A stretch of DNA of 64,000 nt from an uncultured Pelagibacteraceae bacterium. Lineage in GTDB: Bacteria; Pseudomonadota; Alphaproteobacteria; Pelagibacterales; Pelagibacteraceae. Position numbers and translations under genes: made by a program. The stretch is from assembly GCA_902522895.1 (NCBI GenBank), contig CABYXD010000001.1, positions 5,223 to 69,222 on the forward strand, given 5' to 3'. Numbering within the stretch: position 1 is the stretch's first letter; the number at the start of each line of letters is the position of its first letter. Shown one piece after another: positions 11,003-24,477 of the stretch. The notes under the pieces were generated by a model. The model had not been told where the DNA came from and ran no database searches. It was given only the letters and a program-made list of their open reading frames with translations.

Positions 11003-11630
11003 CTACACTAACTCCTTTTTTGGTTTCAACATTTAAGACCTCTACGCCTTCTGATCTTTCACGGGAAATTTGCTTGATATAGCTTTGTTTTTTTACTCCT
11101 TCTCTTTGTCTGAAAGTAAGAACAATTGCACCAATCATGGCTACTAGTAAAATCATTCCACTTATTTGAAAGACGTGAATGTAATCTGTATATAGAATTT
11201 GTCCTAGAGAATGAGTATTGCTTACTCCTTCAAATGATGATGTTGAGTCAATATTCTCAAATAACTCAGGTTTATATTTCCAACCACGAATAACAATAAT
11301 TAATTCAAAAAATATAATTGTACTTATAATCAAGCCAATAGGAATATGACGAGAACTTTGTGAAGATAAAAACCACTGATTTTTTTGCTGAGCAACATTT
11401 AACATCATTACTACAAATAAAAATAAAACTGCTACAGCTCCAACATAAACAATTAGCATTATCATTCCTAGAAACTCAGCACCTATCATAATGAACAAAC
11501 ACGAAATACTTATAAAATCTAAAATTAAAAAAAAAACTGAATGAACAGTATTTTTTGAAACCGTTACCATTATTGCTGAAATAATTGCAATTGTTGAAAA
11601 AAAATAAAAAAAAATTGCGTGAGCCATCAT
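10995..11630 (-). CDS. nuoJ: NADH-quinone oxidoreductase subunit J
   Basis: [17 protein letters not shown]. Confidence 0.96.
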   Translation of the reverse strand: MMAHAIFFYFFSTIAIISAIMVTVSKNTVHSVFFLILDFISISCLFIMIGAEFLGMIMLIVYVGAVAVLFLFVVMMLNVAQQKNQWFLSSQSSRHIPIGLIISTIIFFELIIVIRGWKYKPELFENIDSTSSFEGVSNTHSLGQILYTDYIHVFQISGMILLVAMIGAIVLTFRQREGVKKQSYIKQISRERSEGVEVLNVETKKGVSVDD

Positions 11631-11633
11631 GGT

Positions 11634-12119
11634 CTATCTATAAGGGTTATCAGCTTTTATATTAGCAGCTAATACATTTTCCCATCTATCTCCATTATCC
11701 AACAATTTTTCCTTAGTGTAATAAAGTTCTTCTCTAGTTTCTGTAGAAAATTCAAAATTTGGACCTTGTACAATAGCATCTACTGGACAAGATTCTTCAC
11801 AAAGACCACAATAAATACATTTCATCATGTCTATATCGTACCTTGTTGTTTTTCGACTTCCATCACTTCTCTCAGTGGACTCTATGGTAATAGCTTGGGC
11901 AGGACAAACTGCTTCACACAATTTACAAGCTATACATCTTTCTTCGCCATTTGGATATCTACGTAAGGCATGCTCGCCTCTATATCTTGGACTTATTTTG
12001 CCTTTTTCAAAAGGATAATTGATAGTTTTTTTTGATTTGAATAGTTCTTTAATAGCAATAATTAAACCTCCTATAAAATCTGTCATTAGGATAGTTTTAA
12101 AAAATCTAGTAATTTTCAT
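11634..12119 (-). CDS. nuoI: NADH-quinone oxidoreductase subunit I
   Basis: Two 4Fe-4S motifs [12 protein letters not shown] and [12 protein letters not shown]. Confidence 0.97.
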   Translation of the reverse strand: MKITRFFKTILMTDFIGGLIIAIKELFKSKKTINYPFEKGKISPRYRGEHALRRYPNGEERCIACKLCEAVCPAQAITIESTERSDGSRKTTRYDIDMMKCIYCGLCEESCPVDAIVQGPNFEFSTETREELYYTKEKLLDNGDRWENVLAANIKADNPYR

Positions 12120-13118
12120 TTAGATTGTGGGTAAAAGGTTAAAATAAAAAAGATAGCTTGCAGTTAAGACAACATAAATTAAGGACAATGGTAAAAAAAT
12201 TTTCCAACCAAGCCTCATTAATTGATCATATCTATATCTTGGGACTATCGCTTTAACTAGAGCAAAAAGAGTAAATAATAATAAAATCTTAAAAATAAAC
12301 CAAATAGCACCAGGTATTAAATTAAATGGATATAAATCTATTGGAGATAGCCATCCACCTAAAAATAAAATAGACCCTAAAGCACACATTAATAAAATAT
12401 TTGCATATTCACCTAACCAAAACATGGCATACATCATTCCTGAATATTCTGTTTGGTATCCAGCCACTAATTCAGCTTCTGCTTCTGGTAAATCAAAAGG
12501 AGGTCTATTAGTTTCAGCTAGAGCTGAAATAAAAAATATTACAAACATTGGAAATAACGGAATTATAAACCATATGTTTTTTTGAGCTATGACAATATCA
12601 TTTAAATTTAATGAACCTACACAAAGTAAAACATTAATTATAATAATTCCTATTGAAACCTCATATGAAACCATTTGTGCAGCAGATCTTATTGCTCCTA
12701 AAAAAGGATATTTTGAATTCGATGCCCAGCCTCCCATAATAATTCCATAAACTCCTAGAGATGAAACTGCAAAAATATATAAAATCCCAACATTAATATT
12801 TGCTAGAACTTGACTTTCACTAAATGGTATAACAGCCCAAGCAATTAATGCTAAAGTCATCGTTATTATTGGTGCAAGAATAAAAATTATTTTATTTGAA
12901 CTAGCAGGAATAATTATTTCTTTAAATATATATTTTAATGCATCAGCTAATGATTGAAGCAGTCCAAATGGACCAACAACATTAGGACCTTGTCTTTTTT
13001 GAACAAATGCCCAAACTCTTCTATCTAACCATACAATCATAGCTACAGAAACTAAAACAGGAACAAGCAAAAATAAAATCTTATAAACTTCTTGAAAAAT
13101 AATGTTAATATAATCCAT
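12120..13118 (-). CDS. nuoH: NADH-quinone oxidoreductase subunit H
   Basis: [32 protein letters not shown]. Confidence 0.97.
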   Translation of the reverse strand: MDYINIIFQEVYKILFLLVPVLVSVAMIVWLDRRVWAFVQKRQGPNVVGPFGLLQSLADALKYIFKEIIIPASSNKIIFILAPIITMTLALIAWAVIPFSESQVLANINVGILYIFAVSSLGVYGIIMGGWASNSKYPFLGAIRSAAQMVSYEVSIGIIIINVLLCVGSLNLNDIVIAQKNIWFIIPLFPMFVIFFISALAETNRPPFDLPEAEAELVAGYQTEYSGMMYAMFWLGEYANILLMCALGSILFLGGWLSPIDLYPFNLIPGAIWFIFKILLLFTLFALVKAIVPRYRYDQLMRLGWKIFLPLSLIYVVLTASYLFYFNLLPTI

Positions 13119-13121
13119 TAA

Positions 13122-15155
13122 TTAACCTTCTGTACCTGTTCGTTTGATATCAAGCTTTGAATTATAACAATCTAGCATTGTTTTAGATGAACGAGCTATA
13201 ACGTTAGAAAAATAGTAATTTTTAGATCCAATTTTTAAATCTTCATTTTCAAAATTATTTTGATTAATTTTTTGAATAGAAGAAGGTTTTTGTTTTTCTT
13301 TTTTAAGATTCAAAAAATTAAACATGCTGCTCACAAGTTCATCCTTATCATTAAAAAGTTTTCTATTATTCATCATTTCAGCTAATTCATTGATTATTTG
13401 CCAATCTTCTTTTGCTTCGCCGGGTGGGTATGACGCTTTGAAAGCTTTTTGAATTTTTCCCTCCAAATTTGTAAAATGTGCTGATTGTTCTGTATATGCC
13501 GCTCCTGGAAGAATTATATCAGCAACTTCAGCACCTCTATCTCCATGACTTCCTTGATAAATTACAAATTCATTTTTTTTATTAAAATCTAAATTATCTT
13601 GTCCAAGAAGATAAATTAATTCAAATTTATTTTCATTTAATTCTTTTATTAAATCTTCATCTTTATAAATAATGTCTAAATCATAGTTACCAACAGTTGC
13701 GGCATCTATAGATAATATATTTAGAGGGTTCCAATCATCAGAAAATTTATTATTTGTTAATAAAAAATTTTTAAAAGAGTAAAATAAATAATTTGCTGAC
13801 TTTGTATTTAAAAACGACTCTCCTAAAATAATCATAGGTTTTTTCGAGTCTATAATCTTTTTAGATACTTCATTTTTATTTTCTGTAATATCTTTAATAG
13901 TCTGTGTCTTTCCGTCTAAAAATTTATATGGATAGGTTAAATCTCCAACATCATTTAAAGAAATTATCTTAACATTATTATTTAAATAAGCTTTCCTAAT
14001 TCTGGCATTAACCATCGTTGCTTCGAATCTTGGATTAGTACCAATTAATAAAATTAAGTCAGCCTCTTCTACTCCATTAATAGTTGAGTTAAATAAATAA
14101 TTTTCTCTTACAGAATTATCTATAAAAATTTTAGAAGATCTAGACTCATATTTATTTGTATCTATTGTTCTTTCAAAAAATTCTTTAAAAATAAAACTAG
14201 TTTCCATATTGGTAAGATCACCTACAAAACCAGCTATCTTATTTTTATCTGTATCTTTTATTTTTGATTTAATAATTTTATAAACTTCGTCCCATGAAGC
14301 TTTTTCAAATTTATTGTTATATTTTATATAAGGAGCATCTAGTCTTTGATTTAACAAACCATCACATGCATATCTTGTCTTATCAGAAATCCATTCTTCA
14401 TTAATATCCTCATTAATAATTGGTAAAACTCTTTTTACTTCCCAGTCGTAAGTATCAACTCTAATATTAGAGCCAACAGCATCCATGACGTCAATTGTTT
14501 CAGTTTTTTTTAATTCCCAAGGTCTCGCTTCAAAAACATAAGGTTTTGATGTCAATGCTCCAACTGGACAAAGGTCTATTACATTTCCAGAAAGTTCTGA
14601 TTGAATAGATTGTTCTAAGTAGGTTGTAATTTGCATATCTTCACCTCTTCCTATGGCTCCTAATTCAGGAACTCCAGCAACCTCAGTAGCGAATCTCACA
14701 CATCTTGTGCAGTGAATACATCTAGTCATCTGAGTTTTAATAAGTGGACCCATATTTTTATCTGGTACAAATCTTTTGTTTTCTTTAAATCGTGATTTAT
14801 CTATTCCATAATACATTGATTGATCCTGAAGATCACATTCACCACCTTGATCACAAACAGGGCAATCTAAAGGATGATTGGCTAATAAAAATTCCATTAC
14901 ACCTTTTCTTGATTGTTCTATTTTTGGAGTATTAGTTTTAATAACCATTCCATCAGCAGCAGGCATTGCGCATGACGCTATTGGTTTAGGTGATTTTTCC
15001 ATTTCTACTAAACACATTCTACAATTTCCAGCTATAGATAATTTTTCATGGTAACAGAATCTTGGAATTTCAACTCCAGCTTTTTCACAGGCTTGAAGAA
15101 CTGTTAATCCCTCTTCAACTTCAACTTCAGTATCATTTACTTTTAATTTAAGCAT
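13122..15155 (-). CDS. nuoG: NADH-quinone oxidoreductase subunit G
   Basis: [34 protein letters not shown]. Confidence 0.97.
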   Translation of the reverse strand: MLKLKVNDTEVEVEEGLTVLQACEKAGVEIPRFCYHEKLSIAGNCRMCLVEMEKSPKPIASCAMPAADGMVIKTNTPKIEQSRKGVMEFLLANHPLDCPVCDQGGECDLQDQSMYYGIDKSRFKENKRFVPDKNMGPLIKTQMTRCIHCTRCVRFATEVAGVPELGAIGRGEDMQITTYLEQSIQSELSGNVIDLCPVGALTSKPYVFEARPWELKKTETIDVMDAVGSNIRVDTYDWEVKRVLPIINEDINEEWISDKTRYACDGLLNQRLDAPYIKYNNKFEKASWDEVYKIIKSKIKDTDKNKIAGFVGDLTNMETSFIFKEFFERTIDTNKYESRSSKIFIDNSVRENYLFNSTINGVEEADLILLIGTNPRFEATMVNARIRKAYLNNNVKIISLNDVGDLTYPYKFLDGKTQTIKDITENKNEVSKKIIDSKKPMIILGESFLNTKSANYLFYSFKNFLLTNNKFSDDWNPLNILSIDAATVGNYDLDIIYKDEDLIKELNENKFELIYLLGQDNLDFNKKNEFVIYQGSHGDRGAEVADIILPGAAYTEQSAHFTNLEGKIQKAFKASYPPGEAKEDWQIINELAEMMNNRKLFNDKDELVSSMFNFLNLKKEKQKPSSIQKINQNNFENEDLKIGSKNYYFSNVIARSSKTMLDCYNSKLDIKRTGTEG

Positions 15156-16476
15156 TTTTATCTAATAAGTGTTGATCAACTAAGTAAGGAATATTTTTAT
15201 TTTCTTTTACTATTGGATCAAATTTATTCCTTTTTTTAATTTCATCTTTAAAATGTCTTAATAAACCTTGAACTGGCCAAGATGATCCTTCTCCAAAAGC
15301 ACAAATAGTATGACCCTCAATTTGTTTTGTTACTTCACCAAGCATATCTACTTCATCTTTTGAAGCTTCTCCTTTAGCCATTCTTTCAAGCATTCTCCAC
15401 ATCCAACCAGATCCTTCTCTACATGGAGTACACTGACCGCAACTTTCATGTTTATAGAATCTTGCTATTCTTGCCATGCATTTGATAATGTCTTGATCCT
15501 TATTAATTACAACTATACCAGCTGTACCTAATCCACTTTTCTCTGCCATTAAAGAGTCAAAATCCATTGTTAACGTTTCACATTTTTCCTTAGGAATTAG
15601 TGGCATAGATGAACCACCAGGAATTACTGCCTGTAAATTATCCCAACCACCAATTACACCACCGGCATGAACTTCAATAAGCTCCTTTAAAGATATATTC
15701 ATTTCCTCTTCAACGTTACAAGGATTATTTACATTTCCAGATATGCAAAAAATCTTAGTTCCTGTATTTTTTTCTCTACCTAAAGAGGCAAACCATTTAC
15801 CACCTCTTCTAAGAATTGTTGGAACTACAGCTATAGTTTCAACATTATTTATTATTGTTGGACATCCGTAAAGTCCTATCAATGCAGGAAAAGGTGGTTT
15901 TAATCTTGGCTGCCCTTTTTTACCTTCTATACTTTCTAGTAAGGCTGTTTCCTCGCCGCAAATATAAGCTCCAGCACCATAATGAATATAAATATCCAAA
16001 TCCCAACCGGTCCCAGCTGCATTTTTACCAATTAAATTTTTTTTATAAGCTTCGTCAATTGCAGCCTGTAGTTTTTGTCCATCAATAAAATATTCTCCTC
16101 TTATATAAATATAACAAATATGAGCTTGAACCGCATATGAAGCTAATAAACATCCCTCAATTAATTTATGAGGTTCAAATCTTAATATATCTCTATCTTT
16201 ACAAGTGCCCGGTTCCGACTCATCACCATTAATAACCAAATAATGAGGCCTTGATCCAACCTCTTTGGGTGCAAAAGACCATTTTAGTCCTGTTGGAAAA
16301 CCAGCACCTCCTCTACCTCTTAATTGAGAGTCTTTAATTTCATTAATTATCCAATCTCTTCCTTTATCCGTAAGATCTTTTGTATTAACCCAATCACCTC
16401 TTTTTTGGGATGAGATAATATCTGATCCTAAATCATTATATAAATTTTGAAAAATTCTATCTTGATCTTTAAGCAT
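15148..16476 (-). CDS. nuoF: NADH-quinone oxidoreductase subunit F
   Basis: [35 protein letters not shown]. Confidence 0.97.
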   Translation of the reverse strand: MLKDQDRIFQNLYNDLGSDIISSQKRGDWVNTKDLTDKGRDWIINEIKDSQLRGRGGAGFPTGLKWSFAPKEVGSRPHYLVINGDESEPGTCKDRDILRFEPHKLIEGCLLASYAVQAHICYIYIRGEYFIDGQKLQAAIDEAYKKNLIGKNAAGTGWDLDIYIHYGAGAYICGEETALLESIEGKKGQPRLKPPFPALIGLYGCPTIINNVETIAVVPTILRRGGKWFASLGREKNTGTKIFCISGNVNNPCNVEEEMNISLKELIEVHAGGVIGGWDNLQAVIPGGSSMPLIPKEKCETLTMDFDSLMAEKSGLGTAGIVVINKDQDIIKCMARIARFYKHESCGQCTPCREGSGWMWRMLERMAKGEASKDEVDMLGEVTKQIEGHTICAFGEGSSWPVQGLLRHFKDEIKKRNKFDPIVKENKNIPYLVDQHLLDKNA

Positions 16477-17077
16477 TTTTTAATTCCATAAGTGTTTTTC
16501 TATTATTTTCAGGTTCATTATTTACACGACCTCTATATGATCCTGGTTTAGGAGTTTCGCCCTTTAAAATTTGATCTAATATTTTTAAAGTTTTTTCTTT
16601 ATCAAGATCTTCGAAATAATCATCATTGATTTGCATCATAGGGGCATTGACACAAGCACCTAAACATTCAACTTCCATCCAAGAACAACTTTTATCACTT
16701 GAAAGTTCAGACTCATTTTCAGCAATTTTTTCTTTACATGCTTCAACTAATTTGTTTGCACCTCTAATCATACATGGTGTTGTTGTGCAAACTTGAACAA
16801 AAAATTTACCTACAGGTGATAAATTAAACATGGAATAAAAAGTAGCCACTTCATAAACTTTTATATAAGGCATATCTAAAAATTTTGCGATGTGCTTCAT
16901 TGCAGCCAAAGGTATCCAATTATTATTTTGTTTTTGAGCAATATAAAGTAATGCCATTACTGCGCTTTGTTGTTTGCCCTCTGGATATTTTGCAACCATA
17001 GCTTTTGCTGCTTCTAGTGATGAGGAATTAAACTCAAAATTTTCTGGTTGATCTTTAGCAGGTCTTTTTAAACTCAT
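16469..17077 (-). CDS. nuoE: NADH-quinone oxidoreductase subunit E
   Basis: CTTTPC and [10 protein letters not shown] 2Fe-2S motifs. Confidence 0.97.
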   Translation of the reverse strand: MSLKRPAKDQPENFEFNSSSLEAAKAMVAKYPEGKQQSAVMALLYIAQKQNNNWIPLAAMKHIAKFLDMPYIKVYEVATFYSMFNLSPVGKFFVQVCTTTPCMIRGANKLVEACKEKIAENESELSSDKSCSWMEVECLGACVNAPMMQINDDYFEDLDKEKTLKILDQILKGETPKPGSYRGRVNNEPENNRKTLMELKNA

Positions 17078-18249
17078 CTATCAACCTCTCCAAAAACTAT
17101 ATCTAATGAACCTAATACAGCTGGAACATCTGCTAACATATGTCCTTTTATTAAATAATCCATTGACTGCAAGTGTGAAAAACCTGGGGCTCTAATTTTA
17201 CATTTGTACGGCTTGCTTGATCCATCAGATATCAAGTATACACCAAACTCTCCTTTAGGTGCTTCTACTGAAGTGTAAATTTCATCTTTTGGAACTCGGT
17301 AACCTTCAGTGAATAATTTAAAGTGATGAATTAATGCTTCCATAGATTGTTTTAACTCTTTTTTAGGAGGAGGACTTATTTTTCCATCCTGTGATTTGAT
17401 TGGTCCTTTTTCCATTTTAGATAAACATTGTTTAATAATTGAAACACTTTCTTTCATTTCTTCTATTCTACATAAATATCGATCATAACAATCTCCATTT
17501 TTACCAACTGGAATTTTAAAATCTAATTGATCATAACACTCATAAGGTTGTGATTTTCTTAAATCCCACGGAACACCTGAGCCTCTAATCATGACACCAG
17601 TAAAGGAGTAGTCTAATGCATCTTCTTTAGTAACAACACCTATATCAACATTTCTTTGTTTAAAAATTCTATTATCAGTTAATAGATTTTCAAGATCATT
17701 AAGTATTTTTGGAAAAGTTTCACAAAATTTTTCTATATCTTCCTCAAGTCCAGCAGGTAAATCTTGATGAACACCTCCAGCTCTAAAATAATTTGCGTGT
17801 AGTCTTGATCCTGAGGCTCTTTCATAAAAAGTCATCAATGTTTCTCTTTCCTCAAATCCCCAAAGTGAAGGTGTAAGAGCTCCCACATCAAGGGCTTGTG
17901 TAGTGACATTTAAAATATGACTTAATATTCTTCCTATTTCACAAAATATAACTCTGATGTATTGAGCTCTGATTGGAACATCTATCTTCAAAATCTTTTC
18001 TATAGCTAGTGCAAAAGCATGTTCTTGATTCATTGGTGCAACATAATCTAACCTATCAAAATAAGGTACTGCTTGCATATAAGTTTTGTTTTCAATTAAT
18101 TTTTCTGTTCCTCGATGCAGTAAACCTATATGTGGATCTGCTTTTTCTACAACTTCACCATCTAACTCAAGAATTAGTCTTAAAACTCCGTGAGCGGCAG
18201 GATGTTGTGGACCAAAATTCAAATTTAGATTTTTAATTTTTTTTGTCAT
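17074..18249 (-). CDS. nuoD: NADH-quinone oxidoreductase subunit D (start moved to MTKKIKNL)
   Basis: [31 protein letters not shown]; the ORF-track extension to 18327 lies inside nuoC. Confidence 0.96.
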   Translation of the reverse strand: MTKKIKNLNLNFGPQHPAAHGVLRLILELDGEVVEKADPHIGLLHRGTEKLIENKTYMQAVPYFDRLDYVAPMNQEHAFALAIEKILKIDVPIRAQYIRVIFCEIGRILSHILNVTTQALDVGALTPSLWGFEERETLMTFYERASGSRLHANYFRAGGVHQDLPAGLEEDIEKFCETFPKILNDLENLLTDNRIFKQRNVDIGVVTKEDALDYSFTGVMIRGSGVPWDLRKSQPYECYDQLDFKIPVGKNGDCYDRYLCRIEEMKESVSIIKQCLSKMEKGPIKSQDGKISPPPKKELKQSMEALIHHFKLFTEGYRVPKDEIYTSVEAPKGEFGVYLISDGSSKPYKCKIRAPGFSHLQSMDYLIKGHMLADVPAVLGSLDIVFGEVDR

Positions 18250-18838
18250 TATTTTCCGTTTGATCTTGAATATATTTGGTACCTTTCCACGGGCTTTCAT
18301 AATCAAAATTTCTATAATTTTGTTCAAGTTTTACTGGTTCGTTAATAACTTTTTTTTCATCTTCGCTATATCTAACTTCTGTGTGACCAGTTAATGGAAA
18401 ATCTTTTCTTAATGGGTGACCTTCAAAGCCATAATCAGTTAAAATTCTTCTTAAATCTGGGTGATCTTTAAAATTTATACCATACATATCAAAAACTTCT
18501 CTTTCCATCCAATTAGCAGCTGGAAAAATTGATGTTAGAGTATTTATTACCTCGTTTTCATTTACAAAATAACTCAAGACTATTCTTTGATTAAATTCAT
18601 GGCTTAAAAATAAATAAATCATCTTAAATCTTTGAGTTTGTTCAGGATAATCAACAGCTGTAATATCTATTAATTGTCTAAACTTTGCATCTTTATTTGT
18701 TTTTAAAAATAGAATTACATTTAATAAGTCTTCCTTATCAATCTCAATATATAATTGATTATATTTAATTTCAGATTTATTTATCTTAGTTGTTAATTCT
18801 GAATTAATTTTTTTTTCAAGATCAGTTAAGTTATTCAT
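18233..18838 (-). CDS. nuoC: NADH-quinone oxidoreductase subunit C
   Basis: [34 protein letters not shown]. Confidence 0.97.
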   Translation of the reverse strand: MNNLTDLEKKINSELTTKINKSEIKYNQLYIEIDKEDLLNVILFLKTNKDAKFRQLIDITAVDYPEQTQRFKMIYLFLSHEFNQRIVLSYFVNENEVINTLTSIFPAANWMEREVFDMYGINFKDHPDLRRILTDYGFEGHPLRKDFPLTGHTEVRYSEDEKKVINEPVKLEQNYRNFDYESPWKGTKYIQDQTENNDKKN

Positions 18839-18840
18839 TT

Positions 18841-19356
18841 TTATCGGTTTATCGAACCTTTGTTTCTAATTTTTTTTTGTAATTGAAGAATTCCATATAA
18901 TAAAGCTTCAGCTGATGGTGGGCATCCAGGAACATAAACATCTACAGGAACTATTCGATCACAACCTCTAACTACTGAGTACGAGTAATGATAATAGCCT
19001 CCCCCATTTGCACAACTACCCATAGATATTACGTATCTTGGCTCAGGCATTTGATCATAAACTTTTCTTAAAGCTGGTGCCATTTTATTAGTTAAAGTTC
19101 CAGCAACTATCATAACATCAGATTGACGTGGTGAGCCTCTAGGAGCTGCACCAAATCTTTCCAAGTCATATCTGGGCATTGCTGTCTGCATCATTTCAAC
19201 TGCACAACATGCAAGACCAAAGGTCATCCAATGCAAAGAACCAGCTCTAGACCAATTAATTAAATTATCTAAAGACGTAGTAATGAAACCGTTCTTACTA
19301 AAATCTTCAGCTAATTTTTTAAATTCATCTGGTATTTGATCGAGTTTATTATTCAT
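18841..19356 (-). CDS. nuoB: NADH-quinone oxidoreductase subunit B
   Basis: [23 protein letters not shown]. Confidence 0.97.
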   Translation of the reverse strand: MNNKLDQIPDEFKKLAEDFSKNGFITTSLDNLINWSRAGSLHWMTFGLACCAVEMMQTAMPRYDLERFGAAPRGSPRQSDVMIVAGTLTNKMAPALRKVYDQMPEPRYVISMGSCANGGGYYHYSYSVVRGCDRIVPVDVYVPGCPPSAEALLYGILQLQKKIRNKGSINR

Positions 19357-19366
19357 GAAATTTATT

Positions 19367-19735
19367 CTATTCCCAGTCTAATGCACCTTTTTTCCATTCA
19401 TAAATAAAACCAATGGTCAAAATAAATAAAAAAATCATCATTGATACAAAACCTAATAATCCAATATTTCCCAAAGAGATTGCCCAAGGAAAAAGGAAAG
19501 CTATTTCTAAGTCAAAAATTATAAAAAGTATTGCTACTAAATAAAATCTAACATCAAACTCCATTCTTGAATCTTCAAAAGGTTCAAAACCACATTCATA
19601 AGCTGATAATTTTTCTGGGTCAGGATTTCTTGGAGCAAGTAAAAAGTTTATTAAAACAAAAGCTACGCTTAAACCCAACGCAATAATTAAAAACAATATT
19701 ATCGGAAGATAATCTTTTATAAATTCAGGAAACAT
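19367..19735 (-). CDS. nuoA: NADH-quinone oxidoreductase subunit A
   Basis: [22 protein letters not shown]. Confidence 0.97.
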   Translation of the reverse strand: MFPEFIKDYLPIILFLIIALGLSVAFVLINFLLAPRNPDPEKLSAYECGFEPFEDSRMEFDVRFYLVAILFIIFDLEIAFLFPWAISLGNIGLLGFVSMMIFLFILTIGFIYEWKKGALDWE

Positions 19736-19832
19736 GTGAGTCTATATAACAACTTTTACATCATCTTGTAGTGGAGAAAAGTCACATTTTTACTGTTAAC
19801 TGATAGTAATTATCAACAGTTTATTAGAAAAG

Positions 19833-19909
19833 TGGCGGGAGTGAAGGGACTCGAACCCTCGACCTATCGCGTGACAGGCGATCGCTCTAACCAACTGAGC
19901 TACACCCCC
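19833..19909 (-). tRNA. tRNA-Asp (GTC)
   Basis: Reverse complement GGGGGTGTAGCTCAGTTGGTTAGAGCGATCGCCTGTCACGCGAT...GGTTCGAGTCCC..CCGCCA; cloverleaf with encoded CCA. Confidence 0.97.
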
Positions 19910-19923
19910 ACTTTTGTTTATTT

Positions 19924-19999
19924 TGGTGGGCAGTAAAGGACTCGAACCTTTGACCCCCTCGGTGTAAACGAGATGCTCTACCAACTGAGCTAACCGCCC
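19924..19999 (-). tRNA. tRNA-Val (TAC)
   Basis: Reverse complement GGGCGGTTAGCTCAGTTGGTAGAGCATCTCGTTTACACCGAG...GGTTCGAGTCC..CCCACCA. Confidence 0.97.
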
Positions 20000-20048
20000 C
20001 AAAATATCGGTACTAATACATTAAGGTAAGTGTAATGTAAATTAATTA

Positions 20049-22427
20049 TTATTGAATACTAGCTTGAGATTTTTCGTCATTTTTACTTAAATCAACCTCA
20101 GCCCATTCCGTTCTTTTGAGCTCTTTAGTTAACGCTATCTTCAAAACTTGATCAGCGTATTCTACTGGAGTAATTTTTATTTCATCAACAATTTTTTTTG
20201 GCATATCAACTAAATCTTTTTCATTTTCTTTAGGAATTATTACTTCCTTAATGCCAGCTCTATGGGCGGCTAATAATTTTTCCTTTAAACCTCCGATTGG
20301 TAAAACTTGTCCAGTAATTGTTACTTCTCCAGTCATTGCAACATCTCTTCTCACTGGAATATTTGTTAATGAAGAAACAATCGAAGTAACCATTCCTATA
20401 CCGGCCGATGGGCCATCTTTTGGAGTGGCACCCTCTGGAACGTGAATATGAAAATCTTTTTTTTCAAATAATGGTGGAATAATTCCGTATTCCAAACATT
20501 TTGATCTAACAAAAGATTTTGCTGCTTTAACTGACTCTTGCATCACATCACCTAATTTTCCTGTAATTTGCATTCTTCCTTTTCCAGGCATTGTAACAGT
20601 TTCTATTTTTAATATTTCTCCACCATACTCAGTCCAGGCTAAACCAGTAACAATCCCTATTTTATTATCAGCCTCAAGTTCACCAAACTTATATTTAGCA
20701 ACTCCTAAGAAATCAGAAAGATTTTTGTTATCAATTTCGACTTCTTTTTGTTCTCCTGCAACAATCTTTTTTACAACTTTTCTTGCAAGCTTTGAAATTT
20801 CTCTTTCTAGATTTCTTACACCAGACTCTTTAGTATAGCTTCTAATTACTTCTTGAATAATATCTTTTCCAAGTTTCATTTCTTTTTCTTTAACACCATT
20901 ATCTTTAATTTGTTTTGGTAGTAAAAATTTATTAGCAATATTAATTTTTTCATCCTCTGTATAACCGGCTAATCTTATTACTTCCATTCTATCTAAAAGT
21001 GGAGGGAGAATATTTAAAGTATTAGCAGTAGTTACAAACATTACATCAGATAAATCATAATCTACTTCTAAGTAATGATCATTAAAACTAGTATTTTGCT
21101 CAGGATCCAAAGCTTCTAATAAAGCCGACGAAGGATCACCACGATAATCATTTCCTATTTTGTCTATTTCATCTAATAAAATTAATGGATTTTTTGTTCC
21201 AGCTTTTTTCATCATTTGAATAATTTTTCCCGGGAGAGAACCTATGTAAGTTCTTCTGTGACCTCTGATTTCCGCTTCATCTCTCATACCGCCAACAGAC
21301 ATTCTTACAAATTCTCTGTTTGTAGCTTTGGCAATTGATTTTCCTAAAGATGTTTTTCCAACACCAGGAGGACCAACTAAACAAAGAATTGGACCTTTGA
21401 TTTTATCCATTCTTTTTTGAACAGCTAAAAATTCAATAATTCTCTCTTTAACTTTTTCTAAACCAAAATGATCTTTATCAAGAACATTTAATGCTTTTGT
21501 TAAATCTATAGCAACTTCAGTTTTTTTATGCCAAGGTAAATCTATCATCCAGTCAAGATAATTTCTTACAACTGTAGCTTCAGCTGACATAGGACTCATA
21601 TTTTTTAATTTTTTTAGTTCTTGCAGACATTTCTTTTCAACTTCTTTAGGCATCTTGGCTTTTAAAATTGATTTATTAAGACTTGTGTTTTCGTCTTTAC
21701 CCTCCTCAATTTCTCCTAACTCTTTTTGAATAGCTTTAAGTTGTTCATTCAAGTAATACTCTCTTTGAGTTTTTTCCATTTGTGTTTTAACCCTACCTCT
21801 AATTCTTTTTTCAACACCAATTATACTTGTTTCATTTTCCATTATTTTTATAATGATATTTAATCTTTTCTTAACATCAGATGTTTCAAATATTTGTTGC
21901 TTTTCTGATATTGTCGCTGTTATATGAGAGGCTATATTATCAGCAATCTGAGATGGTTCCTTCAATTGTTTAATTGTATTAATGGTTTCATTAGATATTT
22001 TTTTATTGATTGAAACTAATTTCTCTAATCTTCTAACAGCTGTTGTTGCTAACGGAAATAAATCTTCATCTTTATTAAATACATCATTATAAGATGTATA
22101 TTCGCATGTGATAAATTTTTCATTGTCTATAAAGTCTAGAACTTTTACCCTTTTAATACCCTCTACCAAAACTTTAACTGTGCCATCTGGTAATTTTAAA
22201 AGTTGTAAAATATTAGCCTCACAACCGTACATAAATACATCTGTTTTCTTAGGATCATCTATTTCAGAATTTTTTTGCGTTATTAAAATAATCTTCTTAT
22301 CTTTTTTCATAACTTCATTTAAAGCTGAGATTGATTTATCCCTTCCTACAAACAAAGGAATAACCATACTTGGGAAGACAACAATGTCTCTTAGAGGCAA
22401 TAAAGGTAACGTGATTTTTACATCCAT
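20049..22427 (-). CDS. lon: ATP-dependent protease La
   Basis: LPLRD N-terminus, GPPGVGKT, PKDGPSAG catalytic Ser motif. Confidence 0.98.
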   Translation of the reverse strand: MDVKITLPLLPLRDIVVFPSMVIPLFVGRDKSISALNEVMKKDKKIILITQKNSEIDDPKKTDVFMYGCEANILQLLKLPDGTVKVLVEGIKRVKVLDFIDNEKFITCEYTSYNDVFNKDEDLFPLATTAVRRLEKLVSINKKISNETINTIKQLKEPSQIADNIASHITATISEKQQIFETSDVKKRLNIIIKIMENETSIIGVEKRIRGRVKTQMEKTQREYYLNEQLKAIQKELGEIEEGKDENTSLNKSILKAKMPKEVEKKCLQELKKLKNMSPMSAEATVVRNYLDWMIDLPWHKKTEVAIDLTKALNVLDKDHFGLEKVKERIIEFLAVQKRMDKIKGPILCLVGPPGVGKTSLGKSIAKATNREFVRMSVGGMRDEAEIRGHRRTYIGSLPGKIIQMMKKAGTKNPLILLDEIDKIGNDYRGDPSSALLEALDPEQNTSFNDHYLEVDYDLSDVMFVTTANTLNILPPLLDRMEVIRLAGYTEDEKINIANKFLLPKQIKDNGVKEKEMKLGKDIIQEVIRSYTKESGVRNLEREISKLARKVVKKIVAGEQKEVEIDNKNLSDFLGVAKYKFGELEADNKIGIVTGLAWTEYGGEILKIETVTMPGKGRMQITGKLGDVMQESVKAAKSFVRSKCLEYGIIPPLFEKKDFHIHVPEGATPKDGPSAGIGMVTSIVSSLTNIPVRRDVAMTGEVTITGQVLPIGGLKEKLLAAHRAGIKEVIIPKENEKDLVDMPKKIVDEIKITPVEYADQVLKIALTKELKRTEWAEVDLSKNDEKSQASIQ

Positions 22428-22433
22428 AAGGAG

Positions 22434-22462
22434 AATATGGATATTAAATCTGATATTGCAAT
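22434..22462 (-). promoter_or_regulatory. Possible sigma-32 (RpoH)-type promoter of lon
   Basis: Minus strand ATTGCA-N14-ATCCATAT resembles CTTGAA-N13/17-CCCCATNT; lon is a common RpoH target; ends about 7 nt before the ATG. Confidence 0.35.
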
Positions 22463-22478
22463 AGATTTTTAGTAGTTA

Positions 22479-23744
22479 TTAAGCCGCTGATGTTTTGCTA
22501 GTTTTTGATTTATTGTTTTTGGAATGAACCAAAATTGGTTGAGTTTGACCCTTTACTGAAGAAGCGTCAACTATGACCTCTTCTATATTGTCTTGACTTG
22601 GCAAATCATACATTGTTTTTAATAAAATATTCTCTAAAATTGATCTTAATCCTCTAGCTCCAGTTTTTTTATTTATAGCCTTTTGAGCTATCTCTTTTAA
22701 CGCATTGTCTTTAAAAATTAGTTTTGCACCATCAAGTTTAAACAATTCTTGATATTGCTTTGTTAAAGAATTTTTTGGGTCCTGTAAAATTTTAATTAAA
22801 GATTTTTCATCTAAATCATCTAATGTTGCAATCATTGGTAATCTCCCAATAAATTCTGGAATTAAACCATATTTTAATAAATCTTCTGGCTCTAAATTTT
22901 TCATCCACTCACCTGTTTTTTTATCTTGAGTATTTTTTACATCTGCTCCAAATCCTATTGAAGTGCCTTTATCTCTTTGAGAAATAATCTTATCTAGCCC
23001 AGCAAACGCTCCACCACAAATAAATAAAATATTTGTTGTATCAACTTGTAAAAACTCTTGTTGTGGATGTTTTCTTCCACCTTGAGGAGGAACACTCGCA
23101 ATAGTACCCTCCATAATCTTTAACAAAGCTTGTTGCACTCCTTCACCTGATACATCTCTTGTTATCGAAGGGTTTTCAGATTTTCTGCTTATTTTATCTA
23201 CTTCATCAATATAAACGATTCCTCTTTGGGCTTTTTCAACATTATAATCTGCTGCTTGAAGTAATTTTAGAATTATATTTTCAACATCTTCTCCAACATA
23301 TCCTGCTTCGGTTAAAGTTGTAGCGTCTGCCATAGTAAAAGGAACATCTAAAATTCTTGCAAGTGTTTGTGCTAATAACGTTTTTCCACAACCAGTGGGA
23401 CCTACTAATAATATATTAGATTTTGCTAATTCAACATTCTTACTTGTTTTATTTTCATAATTTAATCTTTTGTAATGATTGTGTACCGCAACTGATAATA
23501 CTTTTTTTGCATGAGACTGCCCTATTACATAATCATCTAAGACTGTGCAAATTTCTTTAGGGGACGGAAGCCCATCTTGATGTTTAACAATTGTATCTTT
23601 GTTTTCCTCTTTTATGATGTCCATACATAATTCAACACATTCATCACATATGAACACTGTTGGACCTGCAATTAGTTTTCGCACTTCATGTTGGCTTTTT
23701 CCACAAAATGAGCAGTAAAGAATATTTTTGTTATTTGTAGTCAT
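22479..23744 (-). CDS. clpX: ATP-dependent Clp protease ATP-binding subunit ClpX
   Basis: CSFCGK zinc finger, [11 protein letters not shown] loop, GARGLR. Confidence 0.98.
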   Translation of the reverse strand: MTTNNKNILYCSFCGKSQHEVRKLIAGPTVFICDECVELCMDIIKEENKDTIVKHQDGLPSPKEICTVLDDYVIGQSHAKKVLSVAVHNHYKRLNYENKTSKNVELAKSNILLVGPTGCGKTLLAQTLARILDVPFTMADATTLTEAGYVGEDVENIILKLLQAADYNVEKAQRGIVYIDEVDKISRKSENPSITRDVSGEGVQQALLKIMEGTIASVPPQGGRKHPQQEFLQVDTTNILFICGGAFAGLDKIISQRDKGTSIGFGADVKNTQDKKTGEWMKNLEPEDLLKYGLIPEFIGRLPMIATLDDLDEKSLIKILQDPKNSLTKQYQELFKLDGAKLIFKDNALKEIAQKAINKKTGARGLRSILENILLKTMYDLPSQDNIEEVIVDASSVKGQTQPILVHSKNNKSKTSKTSAA

Positions 23745-23834
23745 ATTTTTTTAAAACGAATCAGTTTATATACTTTATTATATGAGACTCATTGTTTTCA
23801 AGTTACAAATTTACAGTAATCAATATGTAGTGGA

Positions 23835-24443
23835 TTATTTTCTTTTTTCTACCACTTCATCTATTAAACCAAAAGATTTAGCCATTTCACCAGTCATAAA
23901 GTTATCTCTTTCAAGAGCACTTTTAATTTCATCTTCAGATTTACCTGTGTGCTTAGAATAAATTTCATTTAATCTTTTTTTTAATGCAAGCACCTCTTTA
24001 GCATGTATTTCTATATCAGTAGCTTGACCTTGAAAACCCGCTGATGGTTGATGAACCATTATTCTAGAGTTAGGTAAAGAAAACCTTTTTCCTTTTGCTC
24101 CCGCAGCAAGTAAGAATGATCCCATTGAGGCAGCTTGACCTATACATAAAGTAGAAATTTCGGGTTTAACATATTGCATTGTATCATAGATACCAAGACC
24201 GGCTGTTACTAATCCCCCTGGACTATTAATATATAAATAAATTTCTTTTTTTGGATCTTCAGCTTCTAAGAACAAAAGTTGTGCAGTAACTAAAGAAGCG
24301 ACATTATCATTAATTTGACCAGTTAAAAAAATTATTCTTTCTTTTAAAAGTCTAGAATAAATATCATAAGCTCGCTCACCTTTATTTGATTGTTCTACAA
24401 CCATTGGTACTAAATTATTCATATGCTCTGGAATTTTATTCAT
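23835..24443 (-). CDS. clpP: ATP-dependent Clp protease proteolytic subunit
   Basis: [25 protein letters not shown]. Confidence 0.98.
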   Translation of the reverse strand: MNKIPEHMNNLVPMVVEQSNKGERAYDIYSRLLKERIIFLTGQINDNVASLVTAQLLFLEAEDPKKEIYLYINSPGGLVTAGLGIYDTMQYVKPEISTLCIGQAASMGSFLLAAGAKGKRFSLPNSRIMVHQPSAGFQGQATDIEIHAKEVLALKKRLNEIYSKHTGKSEDEIKSALERDNFMTGEMAKSFGLIDEVVEKRK

Positions 24444-24477
24444 AAAATTTGATTCGAATTATTTATACAACTTCAGA

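Noticed and set aside
19796-20002. 68-aa ORF MGRLAQLVEHLVYTEG...
   Set aside because: Translation artefact of the tRNA-Val and tRNA-Asp genes
23771-23802. Sigma-32-like CTTGAA...CTCATAT upstream of clpX
   Set aside because: Spacer of about 10 nt is too short for the consensus
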